The position numbers and the translations under genes were made by a program. From Coleofasciculus sp. B1-GNL1-01 (GTDB lineage: Bacteria; Cyanobacteriota; Cyanobacteriia; Cyanobacteriales; Coleofasciculaceae): a DNA stretch of 64,000 bases. The notes beneath the pieces are model-generated. The model did no database searches and was not told where the DNA came from. It saw only the letters and a program-made list of their open reading frames with translations. Where the stretch lies: NCBI GenBank assembly GCA_040220235.1, contig JAVJTO010000157.1. One strand, 5' to 3'. This document shows, one piece after another, positions 1 through 10,291 of the stretch (the first letter of the stretch is position 1; every line of letters begins with the position of its first letter).

Positions 1-402
1 CGGATTTTTGGCGAAACATCACATCTCCATTGTGATGTAAATCAATTGACCCAGTGATTGAAAATACAAAGAAATACTGAATTCTTCATAACAATAGAAA
101 ATAAGCAAATGGTGGGCTAAGTCAAAATAAGGAGCGATCGCCAAGCCAATAACCAAACAACGGCGATGTTCCAGGTCAGTGACAGCTAGGAACTAGACAG
201 AACGTTTCCCCGTCAGGACTCAGACATTTAGAAACTCTAGATCTGACCCAACCGACTTATTGCCCAAAATCTTCCAGCTAAGGCTGGATGTAAGGGCTGC
301 ATCTATCGTAGAGCATCAAACAAGTGCGATTATTCCCATCGATATCACTATCGATCGCGATCGCGCCCTGTGAAAGCATCTATGATAAAAAGGTTTTAGT
401 GC

Positions 403-3069
403 ATGTCCGAACAATTCCGTCTGTTGCAATCTCTGATTCCGGCAATCGCCAAGGTTCCCGATCTTCACTCAGCACTGGATCTAGTGCTGCATCGCGTCTG
501 TGAAGTGACCCATTGGGATTATGGTGAAGCATGGCTTCCGACTTCTGATTCTCGTCGTTTAACCTGTAGCCAAGCTTGGTCTGGTGATCCGTGTGATCTA
601 CAACCATGGCGACGCAGCAGAGAAACACTAATATTTTCCCCCAATATCGGCTTACCCGGACGGGTGTGGAGATCAAAACAACCAGAGTGGATTGACCAAA
701 CCAAGGCAAATGGGATTGATCCTGATGCCGAAACTACTCTGCTTAGCGCGACGGATCAGCCGCAAGGGTTTCAAGCTGGAGGCGCGATCCCCATTCTCCT
801 TGATGATCAGGTACTTGCTGTCTTAACATTTTTTACCCGCCACTCTCATCCCAGCGATCGCCAATGGATGGAATGGATCGCGGCGATCGCGATGCAGTTA
901 GGGTTGGTGATGGAATGCCAACAGTTAACCGAACAACTGCACCAACAACAGGAATTTAATCAAAATTTAGTCGAAACCCATGGTGGCTTTTTTGTCGCCA
1001 TTGACCCCCAGGGAAAAACCCGGATGATGAATCCTAGATTACTAGAAACGTTGGGTTATACCCTGGATGAAGTGAAAGGAACGGATTTTGTCACCACATT
1101 TATTCGAGATGTTGACCGCAAACCCTTTGCCAAATTAATCAAAACCAGTCGTGAAAACTCAGAATTAAAATCGCCCACCGTACACCAAACCGGAGTCCTG
1201 ACCAAAGAGGGTCGAGAACTTTGGGTAGAATGGCGTAGCCAACAGGTTTTTAAGAAAACGGGTGAACTTGACTTCTTTTTTGCCATCGGACGGGATCAGA
1301 ACGAACATTGTCTTACCCATCAAGAAACAGCCCGTTTAGCCTCGTTTCCCCTATTGACCCCCAATCCCATTGTCGAAATTGATTTAGCAGGGCGGGTGCG
1401 TTATCTTAACCCAGAAGCCATGCGCTTGTTGCCAGAATTATTAGAGAGTGAAGCTGAACATCCATTTTTAGCAGAAATGCCCTCGATGATTCGATTGATG
1501 CAGCAGCAAAGTTCCTTGAGACGCGAGGTAAAAATTGGGGAAATTGTTTATGAACAAGTCCTGCATTACGTTCCCGAAATTGAGTGCATTCGCATTTATG
1601 CCTTAGATATTACCGATCGCAAACGAGCCGAAGAACTATTATTGTTTAATGCCTTTTACGATCGCCTCACCGGACTAGCGAACCGCGCCTTATTCATGGA
1701 TCGCTTGCAGCAAGCCGGACGACGCGCCCAACCAGGTCAGGGGGAAAACCTGGATTCTGAACCCTATCGATTTGCCGTGGTGTTACTCAATCTCAATCGC
1801 TTCAAAGTGGTTAACGAAAGTTTGGGAAACCATTTGGGCGATCAATTGCTGCAAGCGTTTGGACAGCGCCTACAAGAGTGCTTGCGTCCCACGGATACTG
1901 TCGCCCGTTTGAGTGGGGATGAGTTTGCTATCCTGCTAGAAGGGATTCAGGGGGTTTGTGATGCCATTCAAGTGGCAGATGCGATTGAGCAAACCTTGAC
2001 ATTACCGTTTAACCTGGAAGGGCGGGACGTGTTCATGACAACCAGCATTGGCATTGCCCTAAATACGAATCGCGATCGCCAAATTTTATCGGCTGAAGAT
2101 ATACTCCGTAACGCCAATACTGCCATGCATCGCGCCCGTTCCCAAGGCAAACCGGGCTATGCTATCTTTGATAACCAGATGTTAAGTCGCACGGTTGATC
2201 GATTACAGCTAGAAACAGATATGCGGCGTGCGATCGAACGGCAAGAATTTCAAGTCTATTATCAACCCATCGTCTCCCTACTCACCCATCAAATTACTGG
2301 CTTTGAAGCATTGGTACGTTGGCAACATCCGCAACGCGGGTTAGTCTTTCCTGCCGAGTTTATTCCCATCGCCGAAGAAACTGGATTAATTATTCCGATC
2401 GGCTGGTGGATACTGCGGGAAGCTTGTCGCCAACTCAGTATTTGGCAGCAGCAATTTCAAAGTCCCCAACCGTTGACGATGAATGTCAATTTGTCCTGTA
2501 AACAGTTTACCCAACCGGATTTATTGGCGCAAATTGACCAAATATTAGAGGAAACCAATATTGCAGTTGGCAGTTTAAAGTTAGAGATTACCGAAAGTGT
2601 GGTAATCGATAATCCGGAACTGGTCAAAGACTTACTGTTGGAATTGAAAAAACGGCAAATTCACCTGTGCATTGACGACTTTGGCACTGGCTATTCTTCC
2701 TTAAGCCGCCTACATAATTTTCCGATTAGTACGCTAAAAATTGATCGCTCCTTTATCAGTCGGATTGGTGCGTTAGGTGAAAACTCAGAAATTGTTCAAG
2801 CGATTATCACCCTCGCCCGTACCATGAGTATGGATGTGGTGGCTGAGGGAATTGAGTTATTGGAACAAATTTCGCCTTTAGTGGCGTTGCAATGTCACTA
2901 TGGTCAAGGATTTTTATTCTCAAAACCCGTAGACAGTGATGGCGCTAGAGAATTACTTCGAGGAAAATCGGTTCAGTTAGAACGTCAGTTTAGTCGTTCA
3001 GTGAGCGTTAAAAATGAAGTCAAAACTTCTGTATCTGTCGAGGATGAGCAAGTCCAAAAATTTTATTGA
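403..3069 (+). CDS. GAF-PAS-PAS-GGDEF-EAL c-di-GMP phosphodiesterase (GGDEF probably degenerate)
   Basis: N-terminal GAF (GLPGRVW), two PAS-like regions, YDRLTGLANR, RLSGDEF, GFEALVRW, DDFGTGYSSL, VAEGIE, GQGFLFSKP. Confidence 0.93.
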   Translation: MSEQFRLLQSLIPAIAKVPDLHSALDLVLHRVCEVTHWDYGEAWLPTSDSRRLTCSQAWSGDPCDLQPWRRSRETLIFSPNIGLPGRVWRSKQPEWIDQTKANGIDPDAETTLLSATDQPQGFQAGGAIPILLDDQVLAVLTFFTRHSHPSDRQWMEWIAAIAMQLGLVMECQQLTEQLHQQQEFNQNLVETHGGFFVAIDPQGKTRMMNPRLLETLGYTLDEVKGTDFVTTFIRDVDRKPFAKLIKTSRENSELKSPTVHQTGVLTKEGRELWVEWRSQQVFKKTGELDFFFAIGRDQNEHCLTHQETARLASFPLLTPNPIVEIDLAGRVRYLNPEAMRLLPELLESEAEHPFLAEMPSMIRLMQQQSSLRREVKIGEIVYEQVLHYVPEIECIRIYALDITDRKRAEELLLFNAFYDRLTGLANRALFMDRLQQAGRRAQPGQGENLDSEPYRFAVVLLNLNRFKVVNESLGNHLGDQLLQAFGQRLQECLRPTDTVARLSGDEFAILLEGIQGVCDAIQVADAIEQTLTLPFNLEGRDVFMTTSIGIALNTNRDRQILSAEDILRNANTAMHRARSQGKPGYAIFDNQMLSRTVDRLQLETDMRRAIERQEFQVYYQPIVSLLTHQITGFEALVRWQHPQRGLVFPAEFIPIAEETGLIIPIGWWILREACRQLSIWQQQFQSPQPLTMNVNLSCKQFTQPDLLAQIDQILEETNIAVGSLKLEITESVVIDNPELVKDLLLELKKRQIHLCIDDFGTGYSSLSRLHNFPISTLKIDRSFISRIGALGENSEIVQAIITLARTMSMDVVAEGIELLEQISPLVALQCHYGQGFLFSKPVDSDGARELLRGKSVQLERQFSRSVSVKNEVKTSVSVEDEQVQKFY

Positions 3070-3164
3070 CGTTTTCTGACATTAGCCGACATTCTATGTC
3101 CGGAATGGTATTCGTTTTATATAGCCGATGTAGGATTAAAGTATAATCATCGATTTTTCATTCC

Positions 3165-4433
3165 ATGCTCCAAGTTAACTGGGACAAAAGCACAGGGCAA
3201 AGCATCAAAGGGAAAACAGCACTGATTTTGTTAGGCATGTTCCTACTGTCGCTGTTCTTGCCGTTGTTCCTGAGTGGAGTCGGATTGTGTCTGAGTCTCT
3301 GGGTGATTGTCCCAGCGCCTAAGTTATGGATGTTACCTCTAGCCGTGGCTGCGCCAGAAGCCAGTCCTTGGCTGCTGGGTGTGAATGCGATCGCACTAAT
3401 ACTCGCTATCTTAAATTTACATGAAGGCGGGCTTGACAATTTTGCCGTAATCTGTAGCCTGATTGGTTTAATCCTCAGCCTTTTACCGTTAATCCAGTTT
3501 CCCGCCGTGAATGCACGAATGGCGGCTCAAATGCACAGGGTTCTGGGTGTAGAGGATTGGGCAACAATTACTCCAGATGCACAGACACCCATGCGTCCTC
3601 AGCCTTTTAGTTTAGCCGATGCGTTTCGGGGGATTGCAATCTGGGAGGTTCGCATTGATCGAGGGATTATATTTTCTCAACCGGATGGGGTAAACCTTAA
3701 ACTCAATGTTTACCGACCGTTGACGCTTGGCAACTATCCGACGATTATTACTATATATGGGGGGGCGTGGCAAATAGGGACTCCCGATAACAATGAGACA
3801 TTTAACCGCTACATGGCAAATCAGGGCTACTCTGTGATCGCGATTGATTACCGCCATGCTCCCCAGTATCACTTTCCGACTCAACTTGAGGATGTACAGG
3901 CGGCTCTATCCTATATCCAAAGCCATGCTAATGAGTTGGAAATTGATACCGAACGAATTGCTCTCATGGGGCGATCGGCAGGAGCGCAACTGGCAGCACT
4001 TGCAGCTTATCATCTAGATACGATTCCGATTCGGGCTGTGGTGAATTACTACGGACCCGTTAACCTCAACCAGGGATATTATGATTTGCCCTGTCCTGAC
4101 CCCATCAACGTTCGTTCGATTCTCCATGACTTCTTAGCCGGAACACCGGATGAAGTTCCAGAACTCTATGGGCAAGCTTCTCCTATTCGTTATATTAAAT
4201 CCAATCTGCCTCCTACGTTATTGGTCTACGCGAGTCGGGATCATATCATCAAGGCAAAGTTTGGACACCAACTCTACGAGCAATTACAAGCGGCTGGAAA
4301 TTGTGCTGTTTGGTTAGAAATTCCTTGGGCTGAACATGCTTTTGATGCGGTTTTTAATGGCGTGAGTAATCAGTTGGCATTGTATTACACTGAGCGATTT
4401 TTGGCTTGGGCGTTGAAGTTGAAGTCTTCTTGA
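3165..4433 (+). CDS. membrane-anchored alpha/beta hydrolase (HSL-like esterase/lipase)
   Basis: N-terminal TM helices, YGGAW, IDYRHAP, GRSAG nucleophile elbow, D and HAFD; real start may be the ATG at 3237. Confidence 0.88.
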   Translation: MLQVNWDKSTGQSIKGKTALILLGMFLLSLFLPLFLSGVGLCLSLWVIVPAPKLWMLPLAVAAPEASPWLLGVNAIALILAILNLHEGGLDNFAVICSLIGLILSLLPLIQFPAVNARMAAQMHRVLGVEDWATITPDAQTPMRPQPFSLADAFRGIAIWEVRIDRGIIFSQPDGVNLKLNVYRPLTLGNYPTIITIYGGAWQIGTPDNNETFNRYMANQGYSVIAIDYRHAPQYHFPTQLEDVQAALSYIQSHANELEIDTERIALMGRSAGAQLAALAAYHLDTIPIRAVVNYYGPVNLNQGYYDLPCPDPINVRSILHDFLAGTPDEVPELYGQASPIRYIKSNLPPTLLVYASRDHIIKAKFGHQLYEQLQAAGNCAVWLEIPWAEHAFDAVFNGVSNQLALYYTERFLAWALKLKSS

Positions 4434-4636
4434 AAATGAAGCGGGGAACTCAAGTTCCTGCTAAAAGCTCAAACCCGTTAAGTAGTCGGACAAAAGTTTT
4501 GGGACTGTATAAAGTTTTGTAAATATTGGTGAGTTGCCATTCTCGCTAGTATTATTACTTAAATCTAAACAGATAGTCGATTCCGGGTCAGTATTAATAA
4601 TGTCCGAGCCTATTTGTACTAAAAAATCATTAACAT

Positions 4637-4652
4637 TGTGACCTATGTCACT
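4637..4652. promoter_or_regulatory. CRP-type binding site
   Basis: TGTGA-cctatg-TCACT, 9 of 10 matches to TGTGA-N6-TCACA. Confidence 0.5.
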
Positions 4653-4787
4653 ACCTAACTTGATCACAGATCACGATTTACTCTTTAGGCAAATCACAAA
4701 CTATCTTTTAGGACGATCACAAAATTGATCGAGAAAATCATTCATAATTATGACAACAAAAATGAACATTTAATATTTGTGAAGTCA

Positions 4788-4997
4788 ATGAACGTTACTC
4801 TGCCTCAGACCAATATCGAAGACTTAGTAACTAAGGTTTTAATGAATCGCTGCCTTACCCCCTCCGATCAGCAATTTTTAAAATGTGCTTTACTGTATAA
4901 AGATAGCTTAAAGGAACATGAACGAATTCTCATTGAACGAGTGTTTTATGGGATACGACATGGATTACTGGAAATCCTTGAATCTACATCGGTTTAG
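4788..4997 (+). CDS. small conserved cyanobacterial hypothetical protein (69 aa)
   Basis: ATG in frame with ORF 4725..4997; C-terminus LIERVFYGIRHGLL resembles a common cyanobacterial small-protein family. Confidence 0.65.
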   Translation: MNVTLPQTNIEDLVTKVLMNRCLTPSDQQFLKCALLYKDSLKEHERILIERVFYGIRHGLLEILESTSV

Positions 4998-5024
4998 CGA
5001 TTGTTCGGGATAGATAAATTCCAG

Positions 5025-5160
5025 AAAATTGGGATGGGCGTGTTCCCACCGATAAAACCTTGTCCTCGAACGAAGTGAAGGAGCCGGAAGCGTAATCCGT
5101 CAAATTGCCACAAAGGAAGCCTACACCGACCCTACGGTTACAGGTGTAGGAGGATGTCAC
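5025..5160 (+). mobile_element. IS200/IS605-family (tnpB) right-end remnant
   Basis: Reads KIGMGVFPPIK (similar to cyanobacterial TnpB C-termini), then hairpin CCTACACC(5120-5127)/GGTGTAGG(5143-5150) and the end AGGATGTCAC. Confidence 0.65.
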
Positions 5161-6209
5161 GAGTGTATTCTACTATTGGGCATGATCGTTCCGGCTAAGG
5201 AGGCGTCACTTAAGTCCGCTCCCATTAAATTCGCGCCAATTAAATTAGCCCCATTCAGATTAGCATGACTCAAGTTAGCATCCGTTAAATAAGCCAAAAG
5301 CAAACCTGCTCGCTGGAGATTCGACTCCGCTAAGTTGGCATGTTCTAAGTTCGCCTCTAGCAAATTAGCCCCTGACAAATTAGCTTTATATAAATTGGCT
5401 CGGTTCAGGTTGGCTTTGCTAAGTTGGGCGCTCTGCAAATTGGCTTTTTTGAGGAGCAATCCACTGAGATTGGCGAGACTGAGATTCGCATTTTGCAAGT
5501 GGGTGCCAGTCAGATTAGCCCCCGTAAGATTCGCATGACTCAGATTCGCACAACTCAAGTCAGCCCTTGACAAATTAGCATGACTCAAATCAGCACCCTT
5601 GAGATCCGCATCACTCAAGTCAGCCCCTGTTAAATTAGCATCTCGCAAATCTGCCCGATGTAAATAGGCTCGAATACAGCAAGCGCCTCTCAGGTTTGCT
5701 CCCCTTAAATCTGCTTGGCTGAGAATGGCTCGATTTAAGATGACTCCCTGCAAGTCTGCGGCTTTGAGATTAGCGCGACTTAAGCTGGCTCCCGTACAGT
5801 TTGCCTTTGCCAGTTTTGCTCGTTTCATTTTGGCATCGATCAGACTTGTGCCAATTAAGGTAGCATGTCGTAGATCCGCATTGAGTAGAGTAGCGCCCGT
5901 GAGAATCGCACCACTCAAATCTGCTTCCCTAAGAATTGCAGCCGTCAGATCGGCTTGGGAAAGCGTGGCTTCAATCAATAGTGCATTCTTGAGATCAGCC
6001 TTACTTAAATCTGCATCTTTAAGCTGAGCGCCAATCAGTTTAGCTTTGGCTAAATTAGCTCGCTGTAAATGGGCAGCACTCAAATTAATATGACTCAGGT
6101 TGGCTTCAGTTAAATTAGCTCTGATCAAATTAACTCCGGGGAAATTGCGTTCTCCAGTTTCGTGCAAGTTCAGAATTTTTGCCTTAGTTGAACATTGACT
6201 TGATTTCAT
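5157..6209 (-). CDS. pentapeptide repeat protein
   Basis: A(D/N)LXX repeats along the whole length; GERNF N-terminus, TIMPN C-terminus. Confidence 0.96.
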   Translation of the reverse strand: MKSSQCSTKAKILNLHETGERNFPGVNLIRANLTEANLSHINLSAAHLQRANLAKAKLIGAQLKDADLSKADLKNALLIEATLSQADLTAAILREADLSGAILTGATLLNADLRHATLIGTSLIDAKMKRAKLAKANCTGASLSRANLKAADLQGVILNRAILSQADLRGANLRGACCIRAYLHRADLRDANLTGADLSDADLKGADLSHANLSRADLSCANLSHANLTGANLTGTHLQNANLSLANLSGLLLKKANLQSAQLSKANLNRANLYKANLSGANLLEANLEHANLAESNLQRAGLLLAYLTDANLSHANLNGANLIGANLMGADLSDASLAGTIMPNSRIHS

Positions 6210-7388
6210 AAAAAAATTGAATTGATGTTTTTTGGTTAGCTAAAGACTATCGATTGGGAGAAGAAAAGACGTTTTGAAGTGGTGGTTGCATTCTCTATAT
6301 ATGATGTTAAATAGTAAATAAACGCCAGTACCAATAAAATTTTCCTCAAAAATTGTCATTGTCAAAAACAAAAAACTCGTCCTTTATAGAGTCGAAAATT
6401 AATGTAAATTAAATCCATGTCCCTATAAAAATATTAGATACTGAGTGCCATGATTTCTGTCTGAACGAGTTCGATAGACTAATCATTGTCAATGATTATC
6501 TTTGTCTTGCAATCAATAAATATAAATAAGCTTGTGGCAACTCTGTTGGTATCACCTCCAAAAGTTGGCATAATGAAAGCCAAAACAATAGGTGGAATTT
6601 ATCGCTATTCACGGTTTTAGTTCTCACCAATTCCTGAGTCTAGGGCGGTATAAATAAGGAATCAGCGAATAGCTTATTTATACCCTGTCCCTTGGGAAAA
6701 CTGGAGTTTTTTCTAAGGGGAAAACTACGGTCTTCACGGTAAAGGTGGTTGAAGCGAGATAAAGCTAGTCAATATCCCGATCCTGAATCAGGAGATAACT
6801 GCTCACCGATATTGGTTATTCCAACCGCTACAAAAAGTCTTTTCCTGACGATAAATTTTGATGCCAACCAGGTCTGGGCATTAAGCTAGAAAAATCGCTG
6901 CTCGTTAATGCCCTAGTGAATTGTACTGCTGCGCCCGAGTCTTGAGAAGGCGTCATACCGTTGGAGTTGAATTGCGTTAGTTTGTTGTTGTAACCGATCG
7001 CCCAATTGTCAGTCGCGATAAAGGAGCTTCCTTAGATAGCCATCGGTCTCTCGATTAGAGATTCCCTCAGACTATACGTCGCCGACAGGCTGACTTCGAT
7101 TGGCTTAAAGGATGGCAAGAAGCCACGTTGATAAAACTCATGCTTTAAAGATAATCCCTGGGTGTCAGATCCGGCAAGGTATGATTGCCTAATGGGGCGG
7201 AGATGCCCATTCTGCTCAAAAATCATCCCCAAGGCGTTCTCATTGCTGTTATTGGGGAGTTGAAAGAACAATTTTTGATTCACGAGTATGGTAAACTCTT
7301 GTGATACAGGTTTTACAAACAAGCAACGTTCACCTCTATCTGATTCCCTAGGGGCAAACGTTCCGGATGTCTACCGCACACCATACCG

Positions 7389-8420
7389 ATGATAACCACT
7401 GCCTCATCCGACCCAAAGCTCTTTGGCTATTGGGCTTATCTAGCTATTGAAAAACATTTCCAGAGAACCGTTCAGTATGAAACTGATGTTCTCAAGGATA
7501 AAGATCCCGAAGCGCTACACCAAATGCGCGTAGGGATGCGGCGGCTACGGACAGTGGTGAGCGGTTTTGCCCCAGCCCTGGTATTACCCAAAGCTGCTCG
7601 TGAGAAAAAGATTGCTAAAGTGGCGCGACGGTTGGGACAACTGCGGGATTTGGACATCATGCAAGATGCGCTACAAAATCAGTATCTGCCCACTTTGCCC
7701 AACTCTGAACAAAAAATAGGCAAAAAAGTATTAGCAACGTTGGAAAAGCGGCGTCACCAGGTCTTAGTTCAAGTTCAGAAAACTCTCAAGGATAAACCCT
7801 ATCAGGAAATGAAACGGGCGTTTCAAGATTGGTTGCAGACGCCGACTTACGGAATTTTTGCCGAATTTCCAATTGATCAGATTTTGCCGGATTTACTGTT
7901 ACCGTTTATGAGTCAGTTTTTCCTCCACCCCGCGTGGCTTATGGGTGTACACCTTTCAGACGGACAGAAGCAGGTGGCTCAGGATCTGAGTTTAGAGGAT
8001 GTGGTTGAACTGTTCAGTGTTCAGGGTTCAGTGTTGCACAGTTTGCGGAAACAAGCCAAACGAGTGCGTTATCAGATGGAATTATTTACTGACTTTTATG
8101 AGACGCCTTATCAGGATTATGTGAACGAGATTAAATCGATTCAGCGTATTTTGGGACAGATTCAAGACAGTTTCGTCTTGGCAGAATTTCTGTCGGATTG
8201 TCTGAACTCAGAAATCAAGAAGAAACTCCCAACCTTGGTAGAGCAGTTGAGTGGCGATCGTTATCAATTATGGCAGGAATGGCGATCGCTCCAGGAACGA
8301 TATCTCCATCCCCAAACCCGCAAGGACTTGCGTCTAATTGTTGTACACCCAGTAGAGAGTGTGACTCACACCTCATCGGTTAATATCCAAGACGCACAAC
8401 ATGCCAATTTGAGTACATAA
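7389..8420 (+). CDS. CHAD domain protein
   Basis: DPEALHQMRVGMRRLR, LGQLRDLD, LHSLRKQAKRVRY, LGQIQD. Confidence 0.92.
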   Translation: MITTASSDPKLFGYWAYLAIEKHFQRTVQYETDVLKDKDPEALHQMRVGMRRLRTVVSGFAPALVLPKAAREKKIAKVARRLGQLRDLDIMQDALQNQYLPTLPNSEQKIGKKVLATLEKRRHQVLVQVQKTLKDKPYQEMKRAFQDWLQTPTYGIFAEFPIDQILPDLLLPFMSQFFLHPAWLMGVHLSDGQKQVAQDLSLEDVVELFSVQGSVLHSLRKQAKRVRYQMELFTDFYETPYQDYVNEIKSIQRILGQIQDSFVLAEFLSDCLNSEIKKKLPTLVEQLSGDRYQLWQEWRSLQERYLHPQTRKDLRLIVVHPVESVTHTSSVNIQDAQHANLST

Positions 8421-8537
8421 CATTAGATATTGAGATGATTTAATCTCTTGATTACCGAGCCTTTACCTTGATTGCTTACAGTAGAGCTGCCCTGCTATAC
8501 CAGCTTGTAAAAATCTGGCTGGAGAGAGTTGCAGCCC

Positions 8538-9185
8538 ATGATTCCAACTTCCAGAGCCGTTTTGGACGTAAACCCGACTCAATCTCTTGGTCAAGCCGAA
8601 CTTCAAGATTCACGTCGATTGCATTTTTATGCGAAAGGCGACAAAATTCCCATAATTTCTCAAGGAGTTTGGCAGGTTTGCCAAGGTTTAGTTCAGCTCA
8701 GTACGCTTTGTCAGAATGGGGAAGAAGTGTGGCTAGGTTGGGCAGAGCCTTCAATGTTTTTTGGTCGTTGGTTTTCTCTGCTGAGTGCTTACCAAGCCAC
8801 GGCATTGTCTGACGTCCATCTGATTTGGTTTTCTATAGAGGAGATCAATGCTTCACCGCGATTGGCTCAGATGATATTACCGCAAATCGTCCACCGGATA
8901 CGCCAAACTGAGGCACTCCTAGCGATCGCGGGTCAGCGTCGAGTTGAAGATCGTTTACAACACTTGTTGCGGTTAATGCAACAGGAAATGGGTCAACCTG
9001 TACCCGACGGGACTCGTTTGAAGATGCGCCTGACGCACCAAAACCTTGCCAATGCGATCGGTACGACCCGTGTCACCGTCACCCGACTCCTGAACAAGTT
9101 AAAAAATCAGGGCAAGATTAGCTTTGACAGCGATCGCCACATTATTATTAAACCAGATAGCTTTAAAAATGTTGCTGAGTGGTAA
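8538..9185 (+). CDS. Crp/Fnr family transcriptional regulator
   Basis: cNMP-binding-like barrel and HTH LTHQNLANAIGTTRVTVTRLL. Confidence 0.92.
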   Translation: MIPTSRAVLDVNPTQSLGQAELQDSRRLHFYAKGDKIPIISQGVWQVCQGLVQLSTLCQNGEEVWLGWAEPSMFFGRWFSLLSAYQATALSDVHLIWFSIEEINASPRLAQMILPQIVHRIRQTEALLAIAGQRRVEDRLQHLLRLMQQEMGQPVPDGTRLKMRLTHQNLANAIGTTRVTVTRLLNKLKNQGKISFDSDRHIIIKPDSFKNVAEW

Positions 9186-9191
9186 GGAATT

Positions 9192-9224
9192 AGATCGCCG
9201 ACTTCTGCAAGAACTTGGGGATCT
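9192..9224. repeat. 33-bp palindromic REP-like element (degenerate copy)
   Basis: AGATCGCCGACTTCT-GCA-AGAACTTGGGGATCT; family also at 15236, 30675 and 32192. Confidence 0.75.
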
Positions 9225-9620
9225 GGACTAGCCAAAGCCAGATCTTAGATGCAGCCGTTTTGAGCTTCATGATTCTGTCCTCCGTCTTTCCAGGACGAAG
9301 GATAAATTTTTTTGTCAATATCCGCTATATCTTCTCGGATTGAACGCCAGAGAACGCTACTGTCAGAGAAATTTAGGCATTCCCTGACAAACAATAAGCC
9401 ACTTAATGCGATCGTTTATCCCGATCCGGCGAGACTATCTCTACTGACAAGGAAGCGATAGGGGCGAATGAATCGCGTTTTATGAGAAAACTTGTTTTCA
9501 TGGTATTCATCCTCACAGGTATAATACAAACAATAGTCAAGCTATCGATGGGGATTGGGAATTGCCAAAGTATGTGTAACCCCAGTCAAATCACACGTTA
9601 AATTTTTCAGGAGTAAGCCC

Positions 9621-10232
9621 CTGTCTTTGGAGACGATTTCAATTACACCAACTACAGGTAAACAACCAGTGGGACTGGTTGTAGTGTTGCATGGCTGGGG
9701 AGCTAATGCTCAGGATTTGCAACCTCTAGTGCCAGAATTGGCTCTATCCAACTACCATGTCTTGTTACCTAATGCACCCTTTGCTCACCCACAGGTGTCT
9801 GGAGGCTATATGTGGTATGACTTGGAACGAGAAGATTATCAGGGATTGGCACAAAGTCAACGTTTATTGACAGACTGGTTAAAGTCTTTGGAAAGTCTTA
9901 CCAAGATTCCTCTAGCTTCTACGATTGTAATGGGCTTTTCTCAAGGGGGAGCTATGGCTCTAGATGTTGGGTTACATTTGCCCTTGGCGGGTTTAGTGTC
10001 AATGAGTGGTTATTGGCATCGCACCCCTCAAGAGATTGAACCTCCTTTGCCGCCTGTTTTAATTGTTCATGGTAGACAAGATAATGTTGTTCCTTTGAGA
10101 GTAGCTCATCGATTGCGGGATTATTTACTAGCGCTAGGTGCGCCGATGCAGTACAAAGAGGTGGATATGGGGCATGAGATTGCACCTGAAGTGGTGGAAA
10201 TTGTGCGGGATTTTATTCTGGTTAATACATGA
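9621..10232 (+). CDS. phospholipase/carboxylesterase (alpha/beta hydrolase)
   Basis: LHGWG, GFSQGG, HGRQDNVV, MGHEI; start uncertain (ORF track gives 9555; AGGAG at 9609 suits CTG 9621 or TTG 9627). Confidence 0.9.
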   Translation: MSLETISITPTTGKQPVGLVVVLHGWGANAQDLQPLVPELALSNYHVLLPNAPFAHPQVSGGYMWYDLEREDYQGLAQSQRLLTDWLKSLESLTKIPLASTIVMGFSQGGAMALDVGLHLPLAGLVSMSGYWHRTPQEIEPPLPPVLIVHGRQDNVVPLRVAHRLRDYLLALGAPMQYKEVDMGHEIAPEVVEIVRDFILVNT

Positions 10233-10291
10233 AATAGGGAACAGGGGGAGATGGGGGAGATGAGGGAGATGGGGGAGTTAACTCAACACTT

